This document shows, piece by piece, positions 24,585 through 36,100 of a stretch of 64,000 bases of DNA. Position 1 is the first letter of the stretch. Every line of letters begins with the position of its first letter. The notes beneath the pieces were generated by a model. The model made no database searches and was not told where the DNA came from. It saw only the letters and a list, made by a program, of their open reading frames with translations. The position numbers and the translations under genes are program-made. Source of the DNA: Octopus vulgaris (taxonomy: Eukaryota); assembly GCA_951406725.2 (NCBI GenBank), contig OX597816.1:133610001-133674000 (forward strand), written 5' to 3'.

Positions 24585-24942
24585 AACGTGTGAACATGTG
24601 TGTCTGTCCCACACCACTTCTTGGCAACTGGTGTTAGTTTAAGTACTCTGCAACTTAGCAGTTTGGTACAATGTATCAAGCTTAAAAGAAAAGTACTGGG
24701 GTCAATTTGTTTGACTTAACCCTTCAAGGCAGTGCCTCAGCATGACTGCAGTCCAATGACTGAAACAAGTATATGATATAAATGACATAAATATATATAT
24801 GAATAATTAAAAAATCATAAGCAATAAACATTCACAATCAAAATGCATCAAAGGTAGATTTTGTATAAACTTATATTACGAACATTTTGTCTCATACCAA
24901 ATATAGGAAAGAAAATCTTTAAAAAACTTTTCTACATACAAT

Positions 24943-24948
24943 TTTATT
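24943..24948 (-). terminator. Candidate polyadenylation signal of the ACK gene (3'UTR about 1.7 kb)
   Basis: AATAAA on - strand followed by T/GT-rich sequence. Other AATAAA hexamers exist (e.g. about 25673), so the site is not proven. Confidence 0.35.
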
Positions 24949-25591
24949 GTCGCTGTTATTATTATTAATATTATCATTTATTATTCTTGTTAATGTACAA
25001 TTTATCTGAAATACCTTCCTCTCCAGCTGGAGACTGCGGCTGGGCGGTAGGGAAAGAAAGAATAGGGATTGGACAATTCACATCTCAGATTACTAAGTTA
25101 AGGTTTGTGATGAACTTCCCAGAAATTTACAGTTTTCAGCTTTTTTTTTTTGTAAAGGGGATTGAGATTCTTAAAAGATAAATAAACTGAACACACATTC
25201 ACACACAAGTGGATGTGTGTGTATGCATAGGGGAAAAAAACTAACTATAAATAGATGTGTTTGTGTGTCTATGTGTAAATATATACATTCATACACAAAC
25301 TTACACACACATACATACACACAGACACACATAAAATCAATTTTGGTCAGGTTAATACATTTATATATGGCTACTATCAACAATAAACAACATACAAGCT
25401 TTCTATCCTTAACAGTAGCACATTGTCTGTTGGGTATTTTTTTCTAATATGTCTAAAATATTTCTAGTTATCTTAATCATAGGCTCTAACCAGAGTATGG
25501 GGAATAATGCTATAGTCTCCCATTTGCTTCAGTTTCATAAGAAATAGCCCCTTAATGCCCATTCACAATATTCTTCAAATATATATGTATG

Positions 25592-25644
<53 letters not shown>

Positions 25645-26638
25645 CAAGGAAGTTGAGTAACCTAAATAAGCATTTATTTCTATAAGTCATTATGATCATG
25701 GCCATTAACAGAAATAAATGCTTATTAAAGGTAAAGTCATTTGTGTTATATGCCTTGCATTACATTTCTATTTGACAAAATGTTAAGGACAAAATACTGC
25801 TTATTTTCAAAAGTGGACACAATGCATCTAGAGGTCAAAACTTAGATCAGTCTCTGATTCTGCACAACTCAGTAACCTATTCTAAATAATATATTCCATT
25901 CTAATAGAAAAGCAAAGAACTGCACTGATATTTGTGTATGTGGTGTTGTGTGAATATACTTTAGAAAATAGACTGCAAGAAAAAAAAAATTATGATCTTT
26001 ATCAAAGGGACGGCTATGTAAGCTAAATGGTAATATATGGACTGCAAAACAGAGGAATAAGGTTTGATTCCAGTTTGCAAATTTACTTATTATTCTGACA
26101 TCAACCAATGAGATGAGAGTGAAGTGATGCAGAAACACCAAACTGATTCATTTAATTCAAATCCTCAATCTCTACTTTCACATCCTACAATTATCATGTA
26201 TGAAGGGTGTCAAAATAATTATGGTAAACATATTCCAAATAGGATACTAGATTCTTTCCAAAAATAGGAGAGTTATTCTTTCAAAGACAAGTGAATAAGT
26301 TAGAGGTTTCCAAAACTTGTCTTTCTTGCTAACAGTGTGTTGTTTCATTATCATAGCTGACGAGCTGCACATAAAAATACATGCTTTGATGTGTACATCA
26401 ATGCATACAAGTACTTGCATACAGTAGCTCATGTTTCTGATAGTGTGAAACATATATGAACGCATATGTTTATATAGTTATGTATGCAAATATGTAAATG
26501 TGCATGTAAAATACATATGGCAAAAATACACTGCTTGAATTTCTGTCAGGCCAAAGGAAGAGAACGAAAGAACTTCCATGGTGAAGAGATGTGTGAGCTC
26601 AAGTAGATTTCCATTCCTTTCATAACCTAAAACATAGC

Positions 26639-28683
26639 TTATACATTTGACTCACACTGAATTTTATGTTTATATCCTACCCAAAGTAAAGAGCTTGCTT
26701 TCTCAAGATCCCACTGCATACTCTTTAATAGGCTCTCACACTGTTCACGAGATGTAAGACCCAGTCGGAAAAGTTGTTCTACTTTCAGATACCGAATGGC
26801 ACCATCAACATCCCACTGGCATTTACAGAGTGCTGCATGACATTCCTCATCAGTAACTCCCAACACTTTATTCTGAACTTGGTAGACTTTCTCCTGAGGA
26901 GAAGACATTCCAAAAGTTTGTTTGGGAGAGGAAGATTGATGAAAAGAAGAGGAATGTTTTTGTATTGAGCTGACTTTAGAGTGAGACTGGTATTTTGTGC
27001 TGTTACTGTTCTGTTTCAATTTTGGAAGGTGGCTTGGAGCAGACATTGATTTTTGCTCAAGAGTAATATATGAGGATGGGCTAGAGGTTGTAGATGAAGA
27101 TGATGCTCCATGCTGCAGAGATGAAGACACAGTCAATGTGGAACAAGTTGGTGTGCTGGTAGCTGTGATATTTTGGTATTGTAAAGAGTGGTCTTCTTTG
27201 TCAGAGGAAGACATTGAGTCAACTTGAAGACCACCAACAGCAAATGGTTTGACTTCAGCAGTATTACATTGCGTGGGCTTTGTATCAGTCTGTCGTGGGG
27301 GAATTAGAAAATAGTGTGTGTGGCTCAGTTGTTTGCCATCTTGTTTCACAGGATAGATGCAAGCCTTCTGAGGAAGGCTTACAGTGTGTTGATTACGTTC
27401 ACAGCCTGAAGGTCTACGACAACCCTCCTCCCCATCATTGTCATAATCCCGACGGGGAAGAGGGGGTGGTGGTTCAACTCTGGGTACTTCATTTTCAAAC
27501 TCCTCATCAGAATCAAAAGAATCAAATGAATCTGATGACCACGTATTTTCCTCCTCCATAGACTGAGTTAGTTCTACCTTCTGTACAGCTTCAAACCTTT
27601 CATTGTTGACTGGAGGACAGTTGCCATAAATTGAACTAGAGGTGTCTTTTCTCACTTCTTCTCTGGGGACTTCATCATATAATGGGAATGGATTACCATG
27701 GGAACATGCAGCAAGTTTATTAATCACAGGTGGTGGTGGAGGTTGTTCTTGTGGCACTTCATCATATAATGGTGGTACACCTGAATTATGAAGAACTCTA
27801 TTATTCTTATCTGATTTACTTACTGATAGGTCACTCAGTGCATCATTTAACCAATCAAATGCTTTGTTAGTTTTTACAGACTGCTCACTACTCTTGGGGG
27901 AAGTGGGGCTGACATTTCCATATAAAGCATTATTGCAAGGTTCTCCAGCTGACATTCCATGATACGCTGATGTTGCTTGACCATCTTGAAGGCTGGATCT
28001 TGACTTTTTCGGGGATACATGGTTGATTTGTTCTTCACATGGAGGCAAAGAATAGTATAATGAATAAGAAGAAGGAATGAAGGATGCTTGTCTGGTTGAA
28101 TTTTTTGATTGAATGTTAGAAAAACACGGAGTTTGATTTGGAATTTTGGGTTTGTTATTCACAGTAGTTACATTTGAAGAGGTAGAAGGACAGGAAACTA
28201 AAGCTGGAGATATATCTTCATGGGATTCAAAGTTAAAATTTGAAAATCCTTGTGATGTGAGCGAGCTACTTTTGACATATTTTTTCAAGTTTGAATCCAG
28301 TTCAAATGGATCTGTTGATTTATTAACATCTAGCAGTGCTCTGGGCAAGTGGCCCTCAACAGAGTCATTGGCATTATCCCGAGTCAGTAATGAATCAAAA
28401 AGGGATAAAGAGTTTTGAGAGGCTCGGCAAGGAAGTGGGGTTTTTAAAGATTCACATTCATTTTCCAAATCAATTAAAGGTTTTTCGTCTGTTTCAGCCT
28501 GTTGTTTTGGAAGATGAGATGTTGTTTTTGATTTAAAATTTGGCGAAGATGGTAATGGCACTGGCTTGACCGATGATTGTGTTGTTTCTTTCACTGGTGA
28601 ATTTAGTTTGACTGAATCATCTTTCAGTTTTGAATAATTAAAGTGGCGCCCAAGGTTTAAAGATTGGTAAGCAAACTGGCCTC
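26639..28683 (-). CDS. TNK2: Activated Cdc42-associated kinase (ACK1), terminal exon: clathrin box, PPxY, proline-rich, Mig6-homology and UBA regions
   Basis: Acceptor tctacag|28683; 2045 nt to TAA. Motifs PLIDLE, DPF, PPLYDEVP, PPPLPRR, IYPVKQDGKQLSHTHYFLIPPR (MHR) and GVTDEECHAAL..CQWDV..AIRYLKVEQLFRLGL...C..LL....WDLEKAS.LL (ACK UBA). The ORF-track start at 28747 is intronic. Confidence 0.96.
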
Positions 28684-28885
28684 CTGTAGAATAAAGAAAA
28701 AAAAATGTAGAGTAGAAAACAATTAGCGTTGAATTACACATGTACAACTAAATATAAAGTAAAAATAATAATGCAGAAAATAGTGTGTGTGTATGCAAAC
28801 ACACACATGTGTGAAAAAATATAATGGCTAAAAAGTATTAAGTTTATGAGGTGTAAATGAAATAAAGAAAATAACTCACGCTTAC

Positions 28886-28968
28886 TCCTATCGGGTAAGT
28901 TTGTTGGTTCCACTTGATTTGTATCACCATGGATGTCTTCAGGTTCCATTGGATTACGTAGGTAAACT
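28886..28968 (-). CDS. TNK2: ACK1 exon after CRIB (alternative donor at 28880)
   Basis: tgtag|A GTT TAC CTA CGT AAT CCA ATG = (E)VYLRNPMEPEDIHG...PDR, matching ACK 'DELYL.NPMDPPD'. Phase 2 to 1. Confidence 0.92.
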
Positions 28969-30056
28969 CTACAATAGCAAAGAAATAACCTGACAATAAA
29001 ATGATTCACGAAATAAAACCTTAGATGATCTCATAATTTAAACCTGAAACATTAGTGTTGATTCATTTTCTAATGACTTCAATCCAAATATATTTTACTA
29101 ATGACAACTAAACACTGACAAATGACTCTTTCAATTTTTGGACGAGTGCATGGTAAATAAATATGTCTTCATCTTTTAGTAGATTGGCCGAATCATTAGA
29201 GTGTGAAATAAAATGTTTTGTGTTATTTATTTCAACTCTTTCCTTTGTGAGTTCAAATTCTGCCAAGGTTAACTCCGTCTTCTATCCCTTTGGAGTCAAT
29301 AAAATAAAGTCAGCTACTAAGAATGATGGAATCAACTAAGCCCTTTACTTTGAAATTGTTGGCCTTGTGTCAAAATTAGAAACAATTATACATCATTGTT
29401 AATCAATATAAATTCGAAACATAGTTGGCACCTTACTTTTGAATAAATTTAGATTATAAAAGACAAATTAAACAATAGTAATTACAATATATGTGTATAG
29501 AAGCCGAGGGAGGTTTTAGCTTATCTTGGCAGCTCAACCTGCTGGGATAGTAGCTAAATCTAACTGAAACCACACATGTTAAAAGGAGAAGGACACACCA
29601 GATAATGAGATTATGGATGCACTTTATCTAAATAAAAGAGGATGTTGCCACAGCTGGAACATCTTTGATCAGAGATTTGCTCAATCATGGTTGGCTTGAG
29701 GATAAACAACAACAATAACAACATATGTATCTGGAGCTAACAAGAAAGGTTAAGCCAATGAGAGTGTCTTTACAAGGTTCTTGACCTACAAAAAACAGCA
29801 GCTAAATCTCCATCCAATCATCTCTTACTATCATCTTAAGAAAGAGAGAGACACTGAATAATCTAGTCTTTGATACACTTATGAGAGAACAGGTAAAGAT
29901 AGCTGGACTGCCCTTGTTCATTGGTTTGCTGGATGAGGATGGAACTGGAGTTTCAGCAAGATTTATTTTGTTGCAATTAATAATGTGTACAATTAAAGAT
30001 AGATCAAAATTATTGATATAAAATCCTAAGGCCACAATAAAAATAACTTGACTTAC

Positions 30057-30153
30057 TCATCAATAGAAACAGGATTGCCCCAAAAGTTGCCACTAACATC
30101 AACATGACCAGTGTGGATAAAACTGTTCTTCAATGGTTTGCTGATGTCTTCAC
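30057..30153 (-). CDS. TNK2: ACK1 exon, CRIB (Cdc42-binding) motif
   Basis: (G)EDISKPLKNSFIHTGHVDVSGNFWGNPVSID(E); tttag|...|gtaagt; phase 1 to 2. Confidence 0.96.
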
Positions 30154-31352
30154 CTAAAACAAGAAGAATAACAAATAAACAGTTTTGAATTTGTTTTTGT
30201 TTTGAATAATCTGATCTACTACTAAATACTAAGTAGTAACAGATAAGTGTAGGATAGACAAACTATATAACAAAACTTTGCAAGTCAGTCCACAATGATA
30301 TTCTACATGGTAACCTACAACCATAACCCATGGCATTTCGTATGATAACACACAACCAAGACAACTTAAATTCATAATCTACAATCATTAAAAATATACT
30401 TAAAACAAATATGTAAATAAAATAAACACAGATAAAATATCAGTTGTTACTATATTAAAACAGAAACAAAACATCTGAAGAGAGTTGACTGTAAATGATA
30501 GCCCTTTTATAGAAATTTAAACTTGATTTCAGTCACAGGCCAACATTTTCTGTTATTGTCTCAAGTAGTTTGACAATTCTAGAGACATTCTAGAGAGTAA
30601 ACATTTTTGACGATTTAACTATAAACAAAAGTATCACATTGAAACATGTGAAATTGTTTCTAATTGTGTGATTGGCACTGCCCTCTAGCCTTAGGTACAG
30701 TATCTCTACATTATCTAACTAACAATAGATATTGTTATCATATTTTACCTATGAAATAACTACCATGTCCACATAAGGATGAAAATATATAGTTATTTTG
30801 GCACAAATACATTCAATCTACCTAACTAATGACAAATAATGTAACCACATTACAATTCATTCCAATGTCTGAATTGGCAGTATCATCCTATGGCGTAGTG
30901 TATTAAAACAATTGAGAAAACAGCTTCTTTTTAAGCTTATGTAAGAAAAAAAAGAGATAATTTTGATTCAACAAATTTATCCCAGCTCACAGGAATAGGA
31001 TTAATGCTAAACAGTATTATTGCTAAATAATATTACTGCTATTACTATTAAATAGTATTACAATTATTTTAAGTCATAAAATGTTGGGATAATAACAGTG
31101 TTTTTTAGATTAATTGTTTAAAATCAGATTGAGGACTTTAAGTAATACATAGATATCAATGGAGAATATTCATGGAAAAAAAAAAAGAAAAGAAAAAAAA
31201 CAATTTACAAAGCTTAAAAAATCTTTTATTACTCCAGTTAAATGAAAGTATCAATTTAGTGCCCAAGAGCCAGCGGCTGGGTTGGCTACATTATCATAAC
31301 AATTTCTTTTCCCCACCTTCTCCTACCCAATAAACAGAACAAAGTGAATTAC

Positions 31353-31447
31353 CAGCCAGTCTTCTTTGAGGATTCACTAAATGTCTTGGAAACATGCCTA
31401 ATTCACCAGTTCTTTTATTCTGACCTTTCCACCAGAAATTCTCTGAC
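31353..31447 (-). CDS. TNK2: ACK1 exon, SH3 second half
   Basis: (R)SENFWWKGQNKRTGELGMFPRHLVNPQRRLA(G); tacag|...|gtaatt; phase 2 to 1. Confidence 0.96.
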
Positions 31448-32122
31448 CTGTAATAAGATAAATTGAAGATACTTGCAAAACAATAGAATTTTTATAAAAT
31501 TTATAAGGTAAAGAGAAAAAGCTGTTGTTCATAATTGCTGTTCTCCAATTTCAGCTTGTAGACTTTTGTTTTATGAGAAAATACTGACATAAAACAGTGA
31601 ATGAAACAGCAACAATAATTTTGATTTTTATATAGTATGAAATAAAAAAAAAATCCCTCCAGTGTATCTGATTCAAGTGCTTACTTAAGAGTAAAGGCAC
31701 TCAAACATCAAATTATTTTCAGTACAAAATGTTTTAGTTCTACAATTAACCATAGTTATTATAACTGAAAAAAGTAGAGATAATTTTTGTCTTTTTTAAA
31801 GCTATGAATTAATAATGTGTTTGAAAAGTTTCTCTTTCAAAGATAGATTTACTTTATGCACACAATAAAAAAAGAATGCTAAAATGAAATTCAGTAAGCT
31901 AAAGAGAGAATCCAAACAAAAAAAAAAAAGAAAAGAAATAAAATGCTGACAGCAAAGAGAAGCAAGTTGCTCTAATCTATCTTACCATACCAGTAAATAT
32001 GTATCATGAGGATTTGGTTTTCCAAGAATAGAAGATATTAGTTTTATAAACAGAAAGGGTAGTAGAAGTCAAATAACTCAAGAATCTTGCTTCAATATTT
32101 AATCATTAGAAGTGTTTCTTAC

Positions 32123-32217
32123 CGTCCTTCTACCACAACAATATGGTCATTTTCTTCAATTTCTAATTTGTCCGGTTCAGAAAAGTTCTGTGTTGCTTTC
32201 ATTTCTTTGGGCCTAAC
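32123..32217 (-). CDS. TNK2: ACK1 exon, SH3 first half
   Basis: VRPKEMKATQNFSEPDKLEIEENDHIVVVEG(R); tctag|...|gtaaga; phase 0 to 2. Confidence 0.96.
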
Positions 32218-32884
32218 CTAGAAAAGTATAGGAGGAAATACGTAAATTATTTTATGAAATAACTACCATCTCCACATAAGGATGAAAATATATGGTTATT
32301 TTGACACAAATGCGTTCAGTTTGGTGCCAACATCATGAGAGATTTCAAATTATTTATGCTTAGTAAATTTTCTACTTGATTTTAATACTATGTTTGGGCC
32401 AGTATCTTTTCATCAATGCTTACAATAAGATAAAAATGCTGTTGATATTGCATGACATTTCATTACCAAAAGAGAAGACTTATGTTATGAGCTATACAAA
32501 TTTATAAGAATTTGTCAGCCACTTTAAGTATTTGGCTAGAGGCCAAAATCTTGGGTTTACCTAAGTTTTCTTCGTGGTACATTGATAGAAAGCAGTTCTT
32601 TCCAAATGGTTTTTTAAGGCCCACCATGAAACACCTTCAGCATTTCTTCAGAGAACAGTCCTGCCCATAACATCAGAACACTACTTTGCAGCACATAAAC
32701 TTACCCTGTAAATATTATCAAATCCAAACCTCATTGGACATTAAACAGAGACATATACACATACTTCCTTTATCACACACACACACACACTGACTGACAG
32801 AGGCAAATATAACCATGAAAGATGTGGTTCACAAAATTTTGCATTTTCTGAAAAGCATAGTTGATTATGTACAATCATTTATAT

Positions 32885-33140
32885 CAATGGTTCTCAACCA
32901 CGGTTCATAGGGCCCTTGGGGTTCCATATAAGATTTCGTTGTTAAAATTTATGTGCAATAATCTGGTTATACTTCTACAATACACAAAATACTTTAACAA
33001 TTTTTTTAATACAGTTCTTAATAATATTTAATTATAAATATATAACAAAATTTTAAAAACTTCAAATGGCTATGAAGGTCCACCCAAGTCAAGTAGGAAT
33101 CAAAAGGAGTTCATAAGTAAAACATAGTCAAGAACCACTG
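32885..33140. mobile_element. hAT (Charlie/MER5-like) MITE
   Basis: Terminal inverted repeats CAATGGTTCTCAACC / GTCAAGAACCACTG; degenerate 8-bp flanks atttatat / attactat. Confidence 0.7.
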
Positions 33141-36100
33141 ATTACTATACTGGAAATGGTTGACAGTTATTAGAATTTGGGATCTGACAAAAATCAAGGA
33201 TTTAGATTTCTAGAGAGTTGGTATTCCTGAAAATCATTTAGACCAAAAATACAAGAAAGAAAGACTCTAGCATTGATGCAACTGATGGTTATTTAAGTCT
33301 GCACACTAAATATAACAGAAGATGATAGAAGTATTTAAAACCACCTGTGCCTTTTGTGCATTCTGTTGAGGAAGGTTTTGAGGCTCTTTAATAGATTTAA
33401 TAAGATTTGTCATTGAAGAGCAAGGAAAAAGGTCAATGTTGTCAAACCAATTTAGAAGTTATATCCAAGGAAACTAGTGAAAGCACTATATAACAATTAT
33501 TTAAAAACAAATTAAAGATAAGCTGAATTTATGAGCTCAATACATGGTGTAGGCATCAAAATAAATAGTTGATTAATCCAGGCCATCTCTGATTGAACAG
33601 GTATATGATTCAGCCATGAGAACAGGAATAAATGTATCTATCCTTTTCTAAGATGGTAGAATGTCATCTGAAGCAATTTAACTGTTATTTCTAACAGTTG
33701 AAGAAACTACAGAAAGGCTCCCTTCAAGGTTCATCACAATATTTTGAAAGCTGATTCTACTGTGCTGTAACTTACAACTCACAGTAATATTGATCTTTGA
33801 GAACATTAAAACATATTTCCATCCTACATATACATGTGCGTCTTTACATGCACATAACAACAACAGCCCCAAAATTCAGCTAATGTCTATGAAAAAAGGA
33901 TAATTGCCTCAACACCAATTCCTCTACTGCTAGAAATCAATAACAACCAGTCGTTCAATGATGGATACTTTAGACTGCAAAAGATCAAGCAATTGACAAC
34001 GTTTGAGTAGAGTGTATAGAAGCTATTACAGAAGAGTGTATAGAAACTATCCTATGTGTATAGATAGCAGTAACTAGGTCATGGGATTTCCATAAACACC
34101 TTCAACATTTCTTCAGAGAACAGTCCTGCCCATAACATCAGAACACTACTTTGCAGCGCAAAAACTTACCCTGTAAATATTATTAAATCCAAACCTCATT
34201 GGACATGAAACAGAGACATATACACATACCTCCTTTATCACACACACACACACTGACTGACAGAGGCAAATATATTGAGAAAGGAAAAGATAGAAAATAA
34301 CTAGGAATGAAGTAGAAAGAAAGAAAGAAAGAAAGAAAGAAGGAAAAATTGTTATGTATGTGAGTTATTTGGGACAGGAGCAAGCTATGGCAAAAATTAG
34401 GATTTAGAATGTCTCTGAGCCTTCTTCATGTTCAGGTGTAAGAAATATAGGCCAATTTCCTTTTTATTTATTTATTTATTTATTTGAATCAGCATAACTA
34501 ATAAAAAAAAAAAATCAATGACAGTCTTGTGTTATTTGGTATAAATGCATCTTATCTTTTACTTGTTTCAGCCATTGGACTGCTGTAATGCTGGAACATT
34601 GTCTTGAAGACGAACAAATCAATCCCAGTATTTATTTTTTAAGTCTGATACTTATACTTTTGGTCTCTTTTGTCGAACCATTAAGTTATGTGGACATAAG
34701 CAAACTAACACCACTTGTCAAACAGTGGCAGGGGACAAACACACACATACACAATGGGCTTCCACACAGTTTCCATCTACCAAATTTGCATTCACAAAGC
34801 ATTTGTCAACGCAAAGTAAAAGTAGAAGACACTTGCACAAAGTGCCATGCAGTGGGACCGAATCTGAAATCATGTCTACAAAGCAAAATTCTTAATCCCA
34901 TAGCCATGTAAAAGTATGTTACAGACATAAAAAACGAACGAATGTAATGATTTATGAAGAAGTGAAGTGCAATATCTTTTTCATATATGTTAGTGAAGGG
35001 AGAAGGGACAAGACCCAGGATTGTTGGTTTTTCCTCCTAGACTAATGAGATGATAAAGCTGATGTACATAGGAATGACAAGAATGGAGAAAGAGCCAGGT
35101 GTCTTCTTCAAATGTTCAGGTGCTTGCAACAGAATAAACATCACAAAAGCTACCTAAGGAGTAGTTGGTAGCATTACACTGAACATTGTTTAACAGACAA
35201 AAAACATGTTTTTATGGTTTAATACATGAATAAACATTATACAGAATGACTGGGGAAATGGCCAGGGATACCTGTGGCATAAAAATGAGTAAAGTAGATG
35301 CTAGCACAATGTCATGAATCTGAATTTTAATCAATTAAAATGTTAGTGCTCACTCTACTAAAAATTGTATTATGGTTTGCAAAAATGATCAATAAAATTT
35401 TTCCTAAAGACTATTGATGGCCTGCAATGGAAAATGTTGATTAAAAGGAAAGAGAAAAAAATTTTGATAGGTTTGTGTAACTTGGAGAATGAAAAATAAT
35501 GTTTCTAGTAGGGCCCTTTCTTCAAGAATATAGGAAAGAATTCTTAAATCTTTAAGCTTTAATATTTAACACTTTTAGTTTTCATGAGGCTTCTAATGAT
35601 CGAAGTTTAGCCCCAAATCAATCTTGATCAAACAGACCTGTGATCAAAACATGTTCAAAAGACTGTCAGAGCTGACCATCTCTTCCTTATTTCTCACAGA
35701 CCACTTCAAACCACAATGTCTAGTGTGTCATTTTCTGTTTTTTAAGGGTGTGATTTGAGATTATGGTGCTATTTTCAGGAAGTGGAACAACCATTTAGAA
35801 GTTGGTTCATCTCTTAGTCATGACTTAAAAAAGTTAAATATGAGTAGGCAGTCTTTAAAAAAAATGTTCAAAACGTATTTAAAAAGCAATAGAGAAAAAA
35901 AAAGAATGGAATAGATGTGAGAAGATGATCAAGTAAATGAATAAGAGAGAAGAGGCAGAAAGCATGTAGCAACAACAAATAAGGTTGGAATAACTAAATA
36001 AATAGCACCAATAAAAAACACCACAGAAAGTTAATAACTTGGCAAAGGTAAGAAAGATGATGAAAAGCAAGTTGAAAATAAAATATATAAGTCAATAAAA

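Noticed and set aside
28684-28747. ATG start of the 702-aa ORF as an intronless gene
   Set aside because: The first 21 codons are the polypyrimidine tract and acceptor of an intron; the ORF is the terminal ACK exon.
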